Assembly: GCF_018977255.1 (NCBI RefSeq)
Contig: NW_024704743.1
Location: 112,904,001 to 112,968,000 of the forward strand
DNA from: Callorhinchus milii
Taxonomy: Eukaryota
Direction: 5' to 3'
DNA length: 64,000 nucleotides
Shown piece after piece: positions 52,066 through 64,000 of this stretch (positions within the stretch are counted from its first letter, which is position 1; the number at the start of each line of letters is the position of its first letter). The notes beneath the pieces are model-generated. The model searched no databases, was not told where the DNA came from, and worked only from the letters and a program-made list of their open reading frames with translations. A program made the translations under genes and the position numbers.

Positions 52066-53570
52066 ACCTGTCAACACGCGATAGGGTGTACGTGTACGAG
52101 GAAATGACTGATACCATTATATGAATCTATGTGAAGACAACACTATCAAAAAGCAAGTGGGGAAAAATGCATGGTACTGTTAATTCACCTGGGAAGTTGA
52201 CTGTATAAATTTCCCTTTGCAGAGAAAAATAAATACTTGTTGTTGGTTGCCTGCTGGCAGTGGATTTACGATTATGCTGCTGAGCTCATATAAAGTGATT
52301 TAAAAAAAGTGACAAGATAAACCTTCACCATTGGCTATAAATACTTCACCATTGTTTCAGTAACAACCAGTTTTCCTTAGTGTAGCTTTAGTTTCTGCTT
52401 TTTATGATGCTTGAGTATTTAAAGTTAACCAATGGCAGTGCTGTGAAAGTTGTAGTTGTTGTCTTCATATATAGTCATTCAGCTTATCTTTTTATGCTGA
52501 CATAAGCATTTGTCATTCTATATGCCTCTATATGATTAAGATTTGGACTGCTACTCCAGTTGTATGCAAAAACAAAACCTGAAACAAGAAAAAAAAATGC
52601 TTATTGATACATGAACTGATGTTAGCTCTGATCAGTAGAGGTTATAAGATTATACCCCAGGAAAGCAGTTATGGTGTTTGATTTTCATTACTATCACAGA
52701 AGGTTGAGATGTCTTGCCTAGCAGTAACATTTTGTACCCTTTGCTCCTCCGTTCTGTGAAGCACATCTACACCCATTCTGTGTGTTGTACAACCCGCCGT
52801 GTGCATCAACTGAGTGTTTTTAATAACTGCATTCTGACCTGGATAAACAGAATTTAATCTTTGTAGCAAGTAAGGTCACATCTACAGTCGAAAAATAACC
52901 CAATGATAATTTAAAATTGTATGTTGGATAACCTTCTGCAGGAATTGTACAGAAGGTATAAAACTTTTAGTTGGATTTTGTAAGGACTGGTTAGCTTTGG
53001 ATTAATGATTGGCCAAATGCAGTAAAACCACATCAGTTCATGTGTAATTGTGTCTCGTGTCTTTCTTTAAATACAAAGTGAACGACGGAGCCTCAGCTCT
53101 GAAAATATCAATTTTACCTTCAGATCACGTTGTTCTGAATGCCCCGGTCTATTATTTTCAAAGTGTTCTGTCCCCAATAAATTATTTCTAATTTTCTTTT
53201 TTTCTCTGGCAATGCTGAGTCAATCTTAAACGAGGTCGGCTGCACCATAAGTGTCAAATCTCAATGTTTTATTGTCATTTTGTCTGACGGATTATTTCAC
53301 TGAATTCACTTGCTGACAACGGAGGCACTGAATACGAGGAGAACAAGAATTTTATTTCACTCTTTTCTCTCTATATTAAATATATATTGTACCATAGAAG
53401 ACGTGGACCACTTGATTACAAATGTGAGGCATCAAGTGCAGTAAAATAGAACAAGAGAAAAACAATAATTGGCCAGTGATTTCCTACACATTTTTTTGAT
53501 AGACTAGCGCTCCATTTCTAAATTGTTTCTCAGCAGTAATAATAAAAATGTTACAAGTACTTTTTGTTCC
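52066..53570 (+). other. STAU2: Probable STAU2 3'UTR
   Basis: About 1.5 kb of AT-rich sequence after the stop with no recognisable retroposon. AATAAA at 52228, 53176 and 53541. Repeats resume at about 53720. The end is inferred. Confidence 0.6.
53541..53546 (+). promoter_or_regulatory. Candidate distal polyadenylation signal of STAU2
   Basis: AATAAA followed about 15 nt later by U/GU-rich tttttgttcc; last such signal before the repeat-rich intergenic DNA. Confidence 0.5.
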
Positions 53571-54169
53571 TTAATTATAAGTCAGGTCACAATTTATTCC
53601 GTTTTTCCTCTCTAAATATACATTCTGAAGCTTTTGTTGCTAACATATTATATACAAGAATGTTCAAAAACACACACAGCCCCCTAGTGCCTGAAATCAT
53701 TCTTTCAATCTTTTTTGTGACGATAATAATTTTTGTATTTGATATAGCACCTTATCACATCTTCCAAGATATTTCAAAGCGCTTCACGGAAATATACTGT
53801 AAAGTGTATTGACTGTATATTTTATGTAACAAAAGGGTGAAAAATGTGACGTTTCAGAACTAAATCATTGTAGTGATTATTCCATTGAATTGGTTGTGAG
53901 ACATGGCAATTTCCCTCCCCAATGTTTCATAGTAAGAGTCCACACATTTCAATTTGAAAAACTTTCACATTATTGCAAGTGATTTTTCTCCACAGTGCAC
54001 AAGAAACAAATCATTAGGCCTCAACAGATTTCCATCATGGAAACAATCTTTAGGTATTGATTTGTTCGTGCAAGCAAATGTCAAACCACTCAGAATTAGG
54101 TTTGCCTGCTGGAGCAATAGCTAAATGTCAATTCCATACGGTCATTGAAGCACTCAGCTTCCCTGACCT

Positions 54170-55205
54170 TTGAATAATCTGTACCCTGTCCCATCCCTAG
54201 CCTTCTCCTTACCTCTCAGCTCCACCTCCTTGCCCCTCTACTCACAGACATCATCAACCAACCCTTGTCCACTGGCACTGTTCCCACCCCCTTAAAAACA
54301 GCTGTCATCAAAAAACCTTCCCTGGACGCATTCCTGCTCTCCAATTACCACCCCATCTGCAACCTCCCTTTCCTAGGTCTTGGAACGAGTCATTGCTTCC
54401 AAGCTTCGCTCCTTCCTCTCCTGCCATTCCCTCCAATCGGGTTTCCATGCTGCCCCACGACACAGAAATAGCCCTGGTCAAACTGATATTTTGTCTATCT
54501 GTGATCTTGACCTCTCTGCTTTGTGCCCATTGACACTCTATCCTCCACTGCCTCAATCTCATGGCTGTCTTTCACTGGTTCAGATCCTACCTTCTTCTCC
54601 AGCCCCCAAACAGTCTCGCCTGATGTTCCTCAGGGCTCTAATCTTGGTCCTCTCCTCTTCCAACATGTACATGCTCCCTCTTGTATGCGGATGACACCCA
54701 ACTCTTATCTCTCTGCCTCCATGACCACTGCTAACCTAACAGAATGTTTGTCGGGCACCAAGTCCTGGATGAGAGCTAACTTTCTACAGCTGATTGTCAA
54801 CAACCTAGGCCTTCCTGATTGGCTCCCATGACCACCTCCACACCTCAGGCACTGGCAGCATCTCCATTCATGGTTGTATACTCCACCTCACTGAGCCAGT
54901 CTGGCACCTTGGGGTCTTATTCGAGTCTCAACTGTCCTTTCTAAACACACATTCGTGCCATGACCCGCTCTGCCTTCCTCCACCTCCGCCACTGCCTCAC
55001 CCCTTATCCTCACCTTCCACAGCCTTGCTCCTTCTTACCTCTGCGCCCTGCTAAACGCATATGAACCTATCCGCTCCTTCCTCTCAGCAGGCTTCACCCT
55101 GCCCTCCACCCCTCCTGATCCCAACCCCCTGCTTGGGTCCAAATTCCTGACTGTCCAGCGCCTCGGGACATCCTCCCGCCGTGAAAGGCGCTGTACAAAT
55201 GTAAT
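54170..55205 (+). mobile_element. Decayed L2 LINE in the STAU2-RDH10 intergenic gap
   Basis: LKTAVI, NYHPICNLPFL, QSGF and VPQGSNLGPLLF remnants and an L2 tail at about 55155-55205. Confidence 0.85.
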
Positions 55206-56039
55206 TTCTAGTTGGATGAAGGGTCTGCCAGTGACATAGTAGCAGAACAGAACTACACGTTATGCAATTGTGTTCAAATACACTTGTAAGTGTGTTGGGA
55301 AAATGAGATCCGCAACCAACAGGCTTCTAACACACATCAGGCAGGAACCGACAACTTACATTTATACTTCACGTAGGATATCTTGGAGCACCTCAGAGGA
55401 ATCAGAGGACTCAGAGCAGAGGAACAGAAGATGATCGTAAGTGCAGTTTAAGAGGTATGTCGTTTGAACGGATTTTAAGACAGATGGAGGGGCTGAAGTG
55501 GAGCATTGGAGTTCCAGAGGTGGCTCACAAGGTGGGGGGGAGGGGGGAATTGTTGTCAATTTAAGTTTCCATTTTGAAGCGGGAATGGTGGGTTGATATG
55601 AAATTTCCTTCTACATTGCTGTAAATTGAATTTAAATGTAATATATGTATGTACTAACCTGGCCAATTTGTCCCCAGTTCAAATCCACTGCAGAAGAAAA
55701 ATCAATTTAAGTTGATTACTCATGTGGATTGTGGGATGCTGCTGGCACAGGGATGGCTGCTGCACTTGCCTACACAGCATCCTATATTAAACAAGTTTAG
55801 AGTTTATTTCCAGATCATTCCGTTTACAATTGAGTCATTAATTTAGATCCAGTCTGCTCTGTGATTTCAGTGGATGTTACAGGACCCAAGTCTCTATTTC
55901 AAAGTGGGCTATTTCTCTGTGATCCTGCCTTAGATTCCCTCCTTGTCTAAATTTACCCCAAAAATTCAACTTAATCAGCTACCCATCATGGGTTGTTAGG
56001 CTGTTGGCACTAATTTTCTATTGCATTTGCCTACATAAT

Positions 56040-57293
56040 AATTAAGTCAATGTTAATAATCATCCTTTAAAGGCTCCATTTAAATGTAAATTGGCAATTT
56101 CTAAAGTTAATCTGAGCATCTGAAATGGTCTGGTTTCTCTTAATAAGATTTTAAACAATTAGAATTAAATCACGTGAAACAATATGGTAATCACAGGGAA
56201 ACATTTGGTAAACTAGTTTTGAATAATGTGCTTATCTGGAGTATTATGACGATGTTTTATGAACACGCCAGGTTTCCTACAAAGAGTCAAAGTGAGGGGA
56301 GGAAGAGGGAAAAGGTTTTACTTCTAAAGTACTCACCAATAGATTGAATAGTTCCATAATTCAGCACCACAAAATCATGCACATAGTTTGCATCTAAAAA
56401 TCACATTTTTAATTAAACTTTTCTTTACAGTTAGGTTACTAAAACACAGTTCATTTTTCAGGACCACAAATACCGGTCTTTTATATAAAGAAAGTGATCT
56501 AGGATGTTGGTATATGCACATACATTACTTTTATAGCTTCTTCTGACGTTTAAAAACATTAGAGTTATACAAATAGATATACAAAGAGGTAGAAATTTCA
56601 GGCTTTTAAAAATGGACCACTAACACAGAAAAAAAGAAAAATATTTCACTTATGCAAAGGCACACCAATGAGATTCTCCTTTAAAAACTACTGCAACAGG
56701 TGCTCCACCTGTTCTGATAGATTAAACCAATCTCCATTCAGAAAATTTTGCAGTAAAGTGAAAAGTGTTTAAAATTATGCTACAGTGGCACGTTCATAAA
56801 AAGGTACAGAGGTTCTTCAGGGTTGATTAGATGAAGAAATGGTCAATTACAGTGCATTTTCTATTCAAAAACTGGAATTTGTGAAGTACTGCATTTACCT
56901 ATTTCTCTAGTTGAACATCATGTACAGTATACCTCTAACCACAAACACAAGAATGACAATGCTGACAGCTGTATGATATTAACATTTCAAATCTTGCTTT
57001 GCTTAATTGACACTAAATTTAACCAGTCTAACCACTAGAAAATTATACAAAAAAGTTGGCATAATACATTTAACTTCTTGCAACTCGTTCATTACACAAG
57101 TACATTATTAGTTTCTTCCATAGTGATCATGGAAAAAGTCTTCACAGCCATTTTGAGAGAGCACCACTCAATGCAGCCTGGAGACTGCAAAAAAACTCAT
57201 TCTGATTTGTATGGATGGATTTGTTGTGAAGTAAAATATTGCATCCACTTGTATCTGAGGTGTCCCAGTGCTGGATGTAGTGAAGAGTCTTCT
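56040..57293 (-). other. RDH10: Probable RDH10 3'UTR
   Basis: AT-rich, largely repeat-free stretch after the stop. Candidate signals on the minus strand: ATTAAA at 56408-56413 and AATAAA at 55803-55808. The end is uncertain. Confidence 0.55.
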
Positions 57294-57417
57294 TTAGATT
57301 TCATTTTTGGTTTCATTGTTGTTCGAAGCCTGTTTTCTTTCAGCAATGAATGGATACATGCACTTGTCTGCTCCCAAAAAACGGTACATGCATACAACAG
57401 CTTCCCATGGCATAATG
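57294..57417 (-). CDS. RDH10: Retinol dehydrogenase 10 terminal coding exon, 124 bp to stop
   Basis: Acceptor caatttcAG; (S)[40 protein letters not shown] then TAA, matching the RDH10 C-terminus. Confidence 0.96.
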
Positions 57418-58014
57418 CTGAAATTGAACATAAAGTGTTGGTCATTTCCCCTTTTGAAAAGCTTGCCAAATGAGCAAGGTTACATTTGCCCTCAGCAGAA
57501 CATTGATTTTAAAATTAATAGCTCCCTTGGACTGAATTGTCTTGCACAAGAATTTGCAAATCTAAGTACTTCCGAAATAAATTTGAGTCATTATTCTTGG
57601 GTAAATAGTCTGTCTGCTTCGTCAATGAGACTTGGGAGGTGTAATCCTCAACCCTGCAAGCCAAAGCCCCAGTGGGTTCAGTGATCTCTGACTGTCAAGT
57701 ACTAAGTTGGGAACAAAGGTGGGTAAATGAAGTTGAGGTACAGATTAGCCATGATCTAATAGAAGGCTTGAGGGGCTGGGTGGTATCTCCTGTTACTATG
57801 TCATAAAACCTAGCCAACCAGCTTTATTCCAGACATCAAAAATATGACCAAAAGGCACAATTTAATGGTCTGTGGTGTTTGCTTTCTGCAGTATTTTACT
57901 TTTAGCTTTTTTCGGAAACTCGGAAATCGAGGTTTTTAAGCACAACGACACACAAACATGCAAGTTATCAAGGTTTAGCAGAATGTTTTTCTGTTTCCTC
58001 CTCGTCACACTTAC

Positions 58015-58146
58015 CTCTTCATAAGCGTTACAGTGTACATTACTCGAGGTGTACAAATCATTGGCTGGTCTGTAAGGATAGCTCTCATTGCTTCTTTCAC
58101 ACAGTACTCTGGTTTCAAAGGCGGAAGGAAGGGTTCAAATTCTTTC
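58015..58146 (-). CDS. RDH10: Retinol dehydrogenase 10 penultimate coding exon, 132 bp
   Basis: (R)[43 protein letters not shown] plus AG; lies within ORF 58011..58202. Acceptor aaacAG, donor GTaagt; phases fit both neighbours. Confidence 0.96.
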
Positions 58147-58359
58147 CTGTTTCCCCCCCAAAAAAATGGTTTTAGTGCAAAAAGATCAATTTTAAAATAC
58201 ATTTGTTAATGCATTCTCCATAATAGCTGATTCTGAGCATAACTTTGTCAGCCCCTGCTTTAGTGTAGTTGGAAGCCCAGTACGAAGGCACCATGAAACA
58301 AAACCACTTGCCTTTTAAGGCCTTTACACATCTTCAACGGGGGCTATATTGTAGGAGTT

Positions 58360-58549
58360 TGTTTGAAGGAATTATTACCCCCCGAAAAAGAGATCCGCCT
58401 ATCAACTAACAACCAGGTTCCTACTTACTGCTAGGTAAACAGAGGCAGGTGAAGTAAGGAAACTTGCCCAACATTTCACCCTGCCGGGAATCAAACCCAG
58501 GTCTCTCGCTTGTGAGGGACATGCTCTAACCACTGAGCTACAGGACTCC
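58360..58549 (-). mobile_element. 5' half of long-variant tRNA SINE
   Basis: tRNA head and long-variant segment. Confidence 0.85.
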
Positions 58550-58909
58550 ATTACAGGACTTGGTACATAAGTCTATTAAGTATTTCTTAAAAACAGTCTG
58601 GCTAGTCTAGGTTTACATAATCTTATAATGACTGAAAGCAGCACAGTAGTAAGCTAAATTTGGCTACAGTGTCCATGCACTTTACTACCACACCCTGCAA
58701 TAAGCACATTGGCTTGTCAGATGCATGTATGTAGGACACAACTCCCTCTGCAGTTACACAGGATAGCCTGACTTGGCCAGGTTCAGTGCAATCTGAAAAC
58801 TCCAGACAACAGGACATGGTTTCCCTGCCTTGGCTGCATTATGTTCCTATAAAGTTGGCTCCATGCAGATGTCCAACAGAGGGAATGTGGAGGCACTAAC
58901 AGTACATAT

Positions 58910-59400
58910 GTAGTGTGCATGATGCACCTCAGTCCATATATATCCAGATGACATCCAACTCTACCTTTCTGCTTGTTCTAGCACTACCTCACCCCCAACC
59001 CAGCTAAAACTCTTTGTCACTTCCAGACAATTTTTCCATCGCCCTGTTCACTGGCCTTTCACAAGCTACAGACAATGCAGAACTCTGTAGTCTGCATCCT
59101 CTCCTGTACCAGGCTCCACAAGCTCATCACATCCGTCCTCGGGCAGCTCCGCTGGCTCCTTGTGGTTCAACTAAGATCCTCATCTCTACCTCAGATGCAT
59201 CTCCTGTGACTGTCCTACCTGGCCACTTTCCCCACTTCACTGACTGATCGACTTTCAAATGATGACCTACTTCTTTGACTATGCTGACAGCCGGCCCCTC
59301 CCCCCGCCACTGCACCACCAGCTCAGGCTCTCCTTCAGTTTTTGTAATGTACTTTCAGATATTCTCCCAATGTGGAAGGTGTTGTATAAATGTAAGTTGG
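58910..59400 (+). mobile_element. Highly decayed L2 fragments
   Basis: gatgacatccaactctac (DDIQLY) remnant and an L2-type tail; another decayed piece at about 61250-61640. Confidence 0.6.
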
Positions 59401-60014
59401 TATTGGAGCAAAGACAAGAAGACCATCAAGAGAGTCGCAGCCCCCACTTATGCACCACTCCACAACCTCCAAAATATATCCCGTTGCATACAAGCACTCA
59501 AACACCGCAGGTACACCTGCAGTGCAGTCATCCCAGGACTCTGAGTTATAAATAACCCAGTGGTTTCTTATCTACATTTTTGTGGTTTGACATAACAAAT
59601 AAATCATTGTTTCACACCTTGAATTTCTGCAGGTGCAGCATTGAAGTTGTAGTTTCAGAGTTACATGAACACAGAAATGCCTTTCAATCACAAGTGATGC
59701 ACATATTTACTAAGACTCTCGAAACATCATGGAACATTTGACAGTTTCCAACTGCGCCTTTATTCCAGAATGCCAAAGGCTTAGATTTGTCTAAATTAAT
59801 GTCTGGCACTGGAAATACGTCAATTGGAGCACTTGTCAAATCACAAGGTGGGACTTTGGCTCATTAAAACATTCCAAAACTCTCCCCCACCACCCAGTCA
59901 AGTTCCAAGCCACAATCTGAGGATAAGCACTTCACACAGATCAGGAAGCATTATTTATACAGTGTGAATTAACTGAACCACCCTTATTTACTTAAGGATA
60001 TTATGGAGTCTTGT

Positions 60015-60814
60015 AGGGGTGCAGCGTAGATTCACAAGGTTAGTTCCTGGGATGAGGGGTTTGACCTATGAGGATAGTAAACTAGGCCTATATTTTCTAG
60101 AATATAGAAGAATTAGGGGTGATCTTATAGAAACGTAAGATTTTTATGGGGTTTGACAGAGTAGGCAGTGTGAAACGGTTTCCCCTGGTAGGAGAATCTA
60201 TAACTAGGGGTCACAGTCTTAAGATTAAGGGTCAGCCTTTTCAAACCGAGTTGAGGAAACACTTCTTCACTCAGAGGGTAGTGAATTTATGGAATTCTCT
60301 AACCAAGAAGGCTGTAGATGCTCAGTCCTTTAACATATTCAAGACTGAGATTGATAGACTTTTAAAGGATAGAGGGATTAAAGGAAATGGGGATAAGGCA
60401 GGCAGATGGAGTTAGGTTAGAAGATCAGCCATGATCTTATTGAATGGCGGGGCAGGCTCAAGGGGCCAAATAATAATAATAATAATAATCCTTGCATTTG
60501 ATATAGCGCTTTTCACGGCGGGAGGACGTCCCAAAGCGCTTCACAGAACACACTGTAAAGTGAATTGACTGTATATTTGTGGGTGAACGCGGCAGCCAAT
60601 TGCGCACAGCAATGTCCCACAAACAGTCGTAGATTGAAAATGACCGATTTATTATTGTGTTTGGTTTTGGAGGGATTATTATTAGGCTCTGTGTGGAGTA
60701 AGGAAACTTGCCCAAGGTTTTGCCCTGCCTGGAATTGAACTCAGGTCTCTTGCTTGCAAAGCGAGTGCTCTAACCACTGAGCTACAGGACTCCACTCCTG
60801 CTCCTAATTCCTAC
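60015..60814 (+). mobile_element. CR1 LINE 3' end split by a SINE (60469-60793)
   Basis: TRGHSLKI and LRKHFFTQRVVNLWNSL; 3'UTR gatcagccatgatcttattgaatggcgg..ggggccaaat|actcctgctcctaattcctac. Confidence 0.9.
60469..60793 (-). mobile_element. Young full-length tRNA SINE
   Basis: Near-identical to the other young copies. Confidence 0.92.
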
Positions 60815-61105
60815 GTAGTTCAATAGTTAGAGAATTCACCTCGCAAGCGAGAGACCTGGGTTTGATTCCCGGCAGAGCAAAACCATGGGCAAGTTTCCTT
60901 AGTCCACACACCTGATAATAATCCCTCAAGAAAAAAAAATGGTCACTTCAACCCATGACTGTTTGTGGGACACTACTGTGCGCAATTGGCTGCTGCATAT
61001 CACCCACAAATATAGTCAATTCACTTTACAGTATATTCCGTGAAGCACATTGAGCCATCTAGAAGACGTGAAAAGCTCTATATCAAATACAAGGATTATT
61101 ATTAT
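60815..61105 (+). mobile_element. Older tRNA SINE (TAGAA tail loop)
   Basis: Diverged head, core and tail; similar to 31868-32148. Confidence 0.87.
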
Positions 61106-62221
61106 TTATAATTAATGTAATCCATGACTTTCCATTACATTTCAACATATCTGCACCTAGTTTTTAAACTGTTTGAATAATAATCCTTGCCTTTGACATC
61201 AGGATAACTTCTCAAGCACTTGATTTACTGTAAAGTGTAGTGACCATTCTTCCTACCCCACATTCAGTTCCTGACCAAGACTGCTTTCTGCCACATTTCC
61301 TGCCTCTGACCCTATAATATCTCACACCAAATGCTGGTGAAACCCTCATCCCCGCTTTTGTCACCTCCCTCCTCAACGTCTCAGATGTACTCCTCACTGG
61401 TCTCCCCAGTTCCACCACCCACAAAGTTCAGCTGATCCAAAACTTTCGCCCATATCCTCAGTTGCACTAAATTTTTTAGCCCATCACCTCACTCCTCGCC
61501 AGGAGGAGAGGTGGTTCCTCATCTCTGAATGGATCAACTTCATCACCATACAAATCCTTTTGTAGCACTTCTCTACCTCTCTGCCCTGCTCATTTCCCAC
61601 TCTGTCCACTCCTGTAGTCCAGCTAACACAGGCCTGCCTCATCAATACAGCAACATTTTTTCTCGTTTTAAAATGGAATTTTTTCTAAATTTGGCACTTG
61701 TGGTCAAATATCTCAAGCTTCACACCCCAAAGTTCAATAGCTTTAACTTAAGAAAGATGCATTTAACAAAAAAAGATTACAACATGCACATTACAATCAT
61801 TTCTATTGATGCAAAGATAAATACAAGTTGCATCAAGTTAATATCAAAATACTCTGAAGCATACGAGGGCTTCTATGAACATGCGTTCTCGTCTAATTTT
61901 GCCGATCAAGCGTCAAAAGAAAAATCACTCCTCCCAGAAATCTGTTGCCCTAGGCAGCTGCCTAGTCTGCTTATAGCTAGCGAGGCCCCTGTGGAAAAAA
62001 GAATGTACCCTGTACTGAGCTCTAGACAGCTTCATCAAGGCAGGATGCACATGCAAAGTGATCTATAGAAAGTTGCCAAGCTTTTTTTTTTATATAAACA
62101 AAGCCAACTCCCTGTCAAATTGTAAAAAAAAAGTAATAACTTGTGAAGAAGCATGCTTTTCATCGCTGAATTGGATTATTCTATGACTCAAAGCCAAAGT
62201 GCTGTTTGTCGTCAATCTCAC

Positions 62222-62367
62222 CTTATTCTACAGCCGCGAAACATGCCAGTGTCCACTAGGTATGGACAGACCAGGGTCATCTTGATCCCATCTTTCTCCG
62301 ATGCCTTCAGCTCGTGACTTAAAGATTCGTGAAATCCTATTGCCCCAAATTTACTTGCACAGTAATC
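62222..62367 (-). CDS. RDH10: Retinol dehydrogenase 10 coding exon, 146 bp, with the SDR catalytic YxxxK motif
   Basis: Minus strand reads [48 protein letters not shown] plus AG. Acceptor atcccgctttAG, donor GTgaga. Earlier exons were not found in the window. Confidence 0.96.
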
Positions 62368-62399
62368 CTAAAGCGGGATAAAAACAAATAAAGGTAAAG

Positions 62400-62716
62400 A
62401 TAATAATAATCCTTGCATTTGATATAGCGCTTTTCACGTCGGGAGGACGTCCCAAAGCGCTTCACAGAATATACTGTAAAGTGAATTGACTGTATACTTG
62501 TGGGCGAACGCGGCAGCCAATTGCGCACAGCAATGTCCCACAAACAGTCGTAGATTGAAAATGACCAATTTATTATTGTTTTTGGTTTTGGAGGGATTAT
62601 TATTAGGCTCTGTGTGGAGTAAGGAAACTTGCCCAAGGTTTCGCCCTCTGCCTGGAATTGAACTCAGGTCTCTCGCTTGCAAAGCGAGTGCTCTAACCAC
62701 TGAGCTACAGGACTCC
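62400..62716 (-). mobile_element. Young full-length tRNA SINE next to an RDH10 acceptor
   Basis: Complete copy; tail ends about 30 nt from the acceptor AG. Confidence 0.92.
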
Positions 62717-64000
62717 ACAAGATTATTGCAAATATGCAAGAAAAGCTAAATGATTTTTTGTGATTCTGGGGTAAATTCACAACTTTCACAACTAGGCTTG
62801 CTTCTGTGCAATCTCTACCAAATTGCAAAATGCACAGTTATTAAATCAAGCTAGCAATGTTGCTCAAGACACAAGGTGTGACCTGGACACAATATAGATG
62901 GTCATACTTCAAATTAATACTTCAAATACTTTTCTATTCCAATTTGCAAGACAAACCAAAACCCCACGATTATTTTTTGCAATAAGACCAGAGATCTAAC
63001 CTGGACACAATCATTATGAAGACCATATTAAGTCAAAACTAAATTATATCCGATTGTAGCAAAATAAAAGGGAGTGAGGAAAAGAGATTCTCAACCAGCT
63101 CCATTCGGAGGTCCAGTGGGACTTGTTTCTGGTGCTTACAGCTAGAAATTTAAACACTGGAGCCTTGCCAATACTCACTGGATTGAAAGTTAAAAATTGA
63201 TCGCCAATTTAAGTCGTGGTTATGAATTTACTTTGGGAAGGCATCTTTCTGGAGAAGCAACTGTCAAATATGAACATGGAGAGAATTGATCAGGTGGGGA
63301 AGGACTTGAGGCAGGCTGCCTTAATGAGCCAGTTTGTCTTCTTAGGGCAAAGAACAGAATTTGGCAAATCTATTGGACTGTTAGGGAATGGAGGGGAAGC
63401 ATTCAATGCCAAGGAGGTAGCTTGTACTGTTTAAACTGCTCAGATGACTCGGATGATTATAATGGACAGCTTTAAATTTTAGCTACAATCACCAAAACAC
63501 AAAGAGAACTGGAATTCAAATGCAGCAATCATTTATTTCTGCCCTACTACAGAAGGTGGACAATTTCTAAGCAGTTATGCAAATTAGTTAACTCGTGGTG
63601 GGGGTGGGGAGGGATAACATGTGAAAGAGATGAGAAACAAATCCTTTACCCTTGTTTCTTTGTCCAGACACCTGAAGCATCCCACAATGTTACCAGCCCA
63701 CGTGAATCTTGTATTTAAGTTTGCTTTGTCTGATAAATGCAGAAACTCCATTTAAGGAGTGTGCTGCTTGATGTGGTTCCATAGAAAGTTATTGATGAAG
63801 TGGCAACAGTAAACACAGATGGAGCTGGTATACACGTACTTGAGCAGCTCTTTTCATGCTTTCTCAAAAGATTTATAACCGCATCAGCAACATGCCAATT
63901 GAATCAGTGATTGAGACATCGAGTGAATTGACTTGCACAAAGAAAGAAGCAAGTGATCTGTGCTTCTGTCTCTGTCGCAGTTTCAATCCACTCGATGAGT

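Noticed and set aside
57078..57684. ORFs 57078-57473 (+), 57197-57469 (-) and 57307-57684 (+)
   Set aside because: Shadow frames over the real RDH10 terminal exon.
61529..62068. 179-aa plus-strand ORF in an RDH10 intron
   Set aside because: Begins in decayed L2 sequence, no recognisable domain, antisense to RDH10.
62717..64000. Search for the next upstream RDH10 exon (GHIVTVASSLG region)
   Set aside because: Not seen on the minus strand; presumably beyond the window.
1..64000. CRISPR arrays, operons or prokaryotic defence systems
   Set aside because: The sequence is spliceosomal-intron vertebrate DNA; repeats are dispersed retroposons, not regularly spaced arrays.

Overview
Vertebrate genomic DNA, not prokaryotic. 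The repeat content (tRNA-headed Deu-domain SINEs, L2 and CR1 LINEs) suggests a cartilaginous fish, possibly a holocephalan; that assignment is inference. The window holds the 3' ends of two convergent genes. STAU2 (Staufen2, + strand) has its last four coding exons at 1560-1858, 14514-14627, 49444-49532 and 51933-52065, with a 3'UTR to about 53.56 kb. RDH10 (retinol dehydrogenase 10, - strand) has its last three coding exons at 62367-62222, 58146-58015 and 57417-57294. All splice sites are GT-AG and phases are consistent. The rest is intronic or intergenic DNA rich in nested retroposons. Almost all ORFs in the supplied track are spurious or LINE-derived. I found no convincing new multi-gene system. 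The best leads are: a SINE 3' stem-loop that appears to have switched to match a young L2 partner; a fold-back inverted duplication at a SINE 5' junction; an intronic cluster of ZNF143/Staf-like motifs with a hairpin and repeated splice donors; a direct repeat bracketing the STAU2 dsRBD5 cassette exon; and an apparent stop-loss extension of the STAU2 C-terminus.
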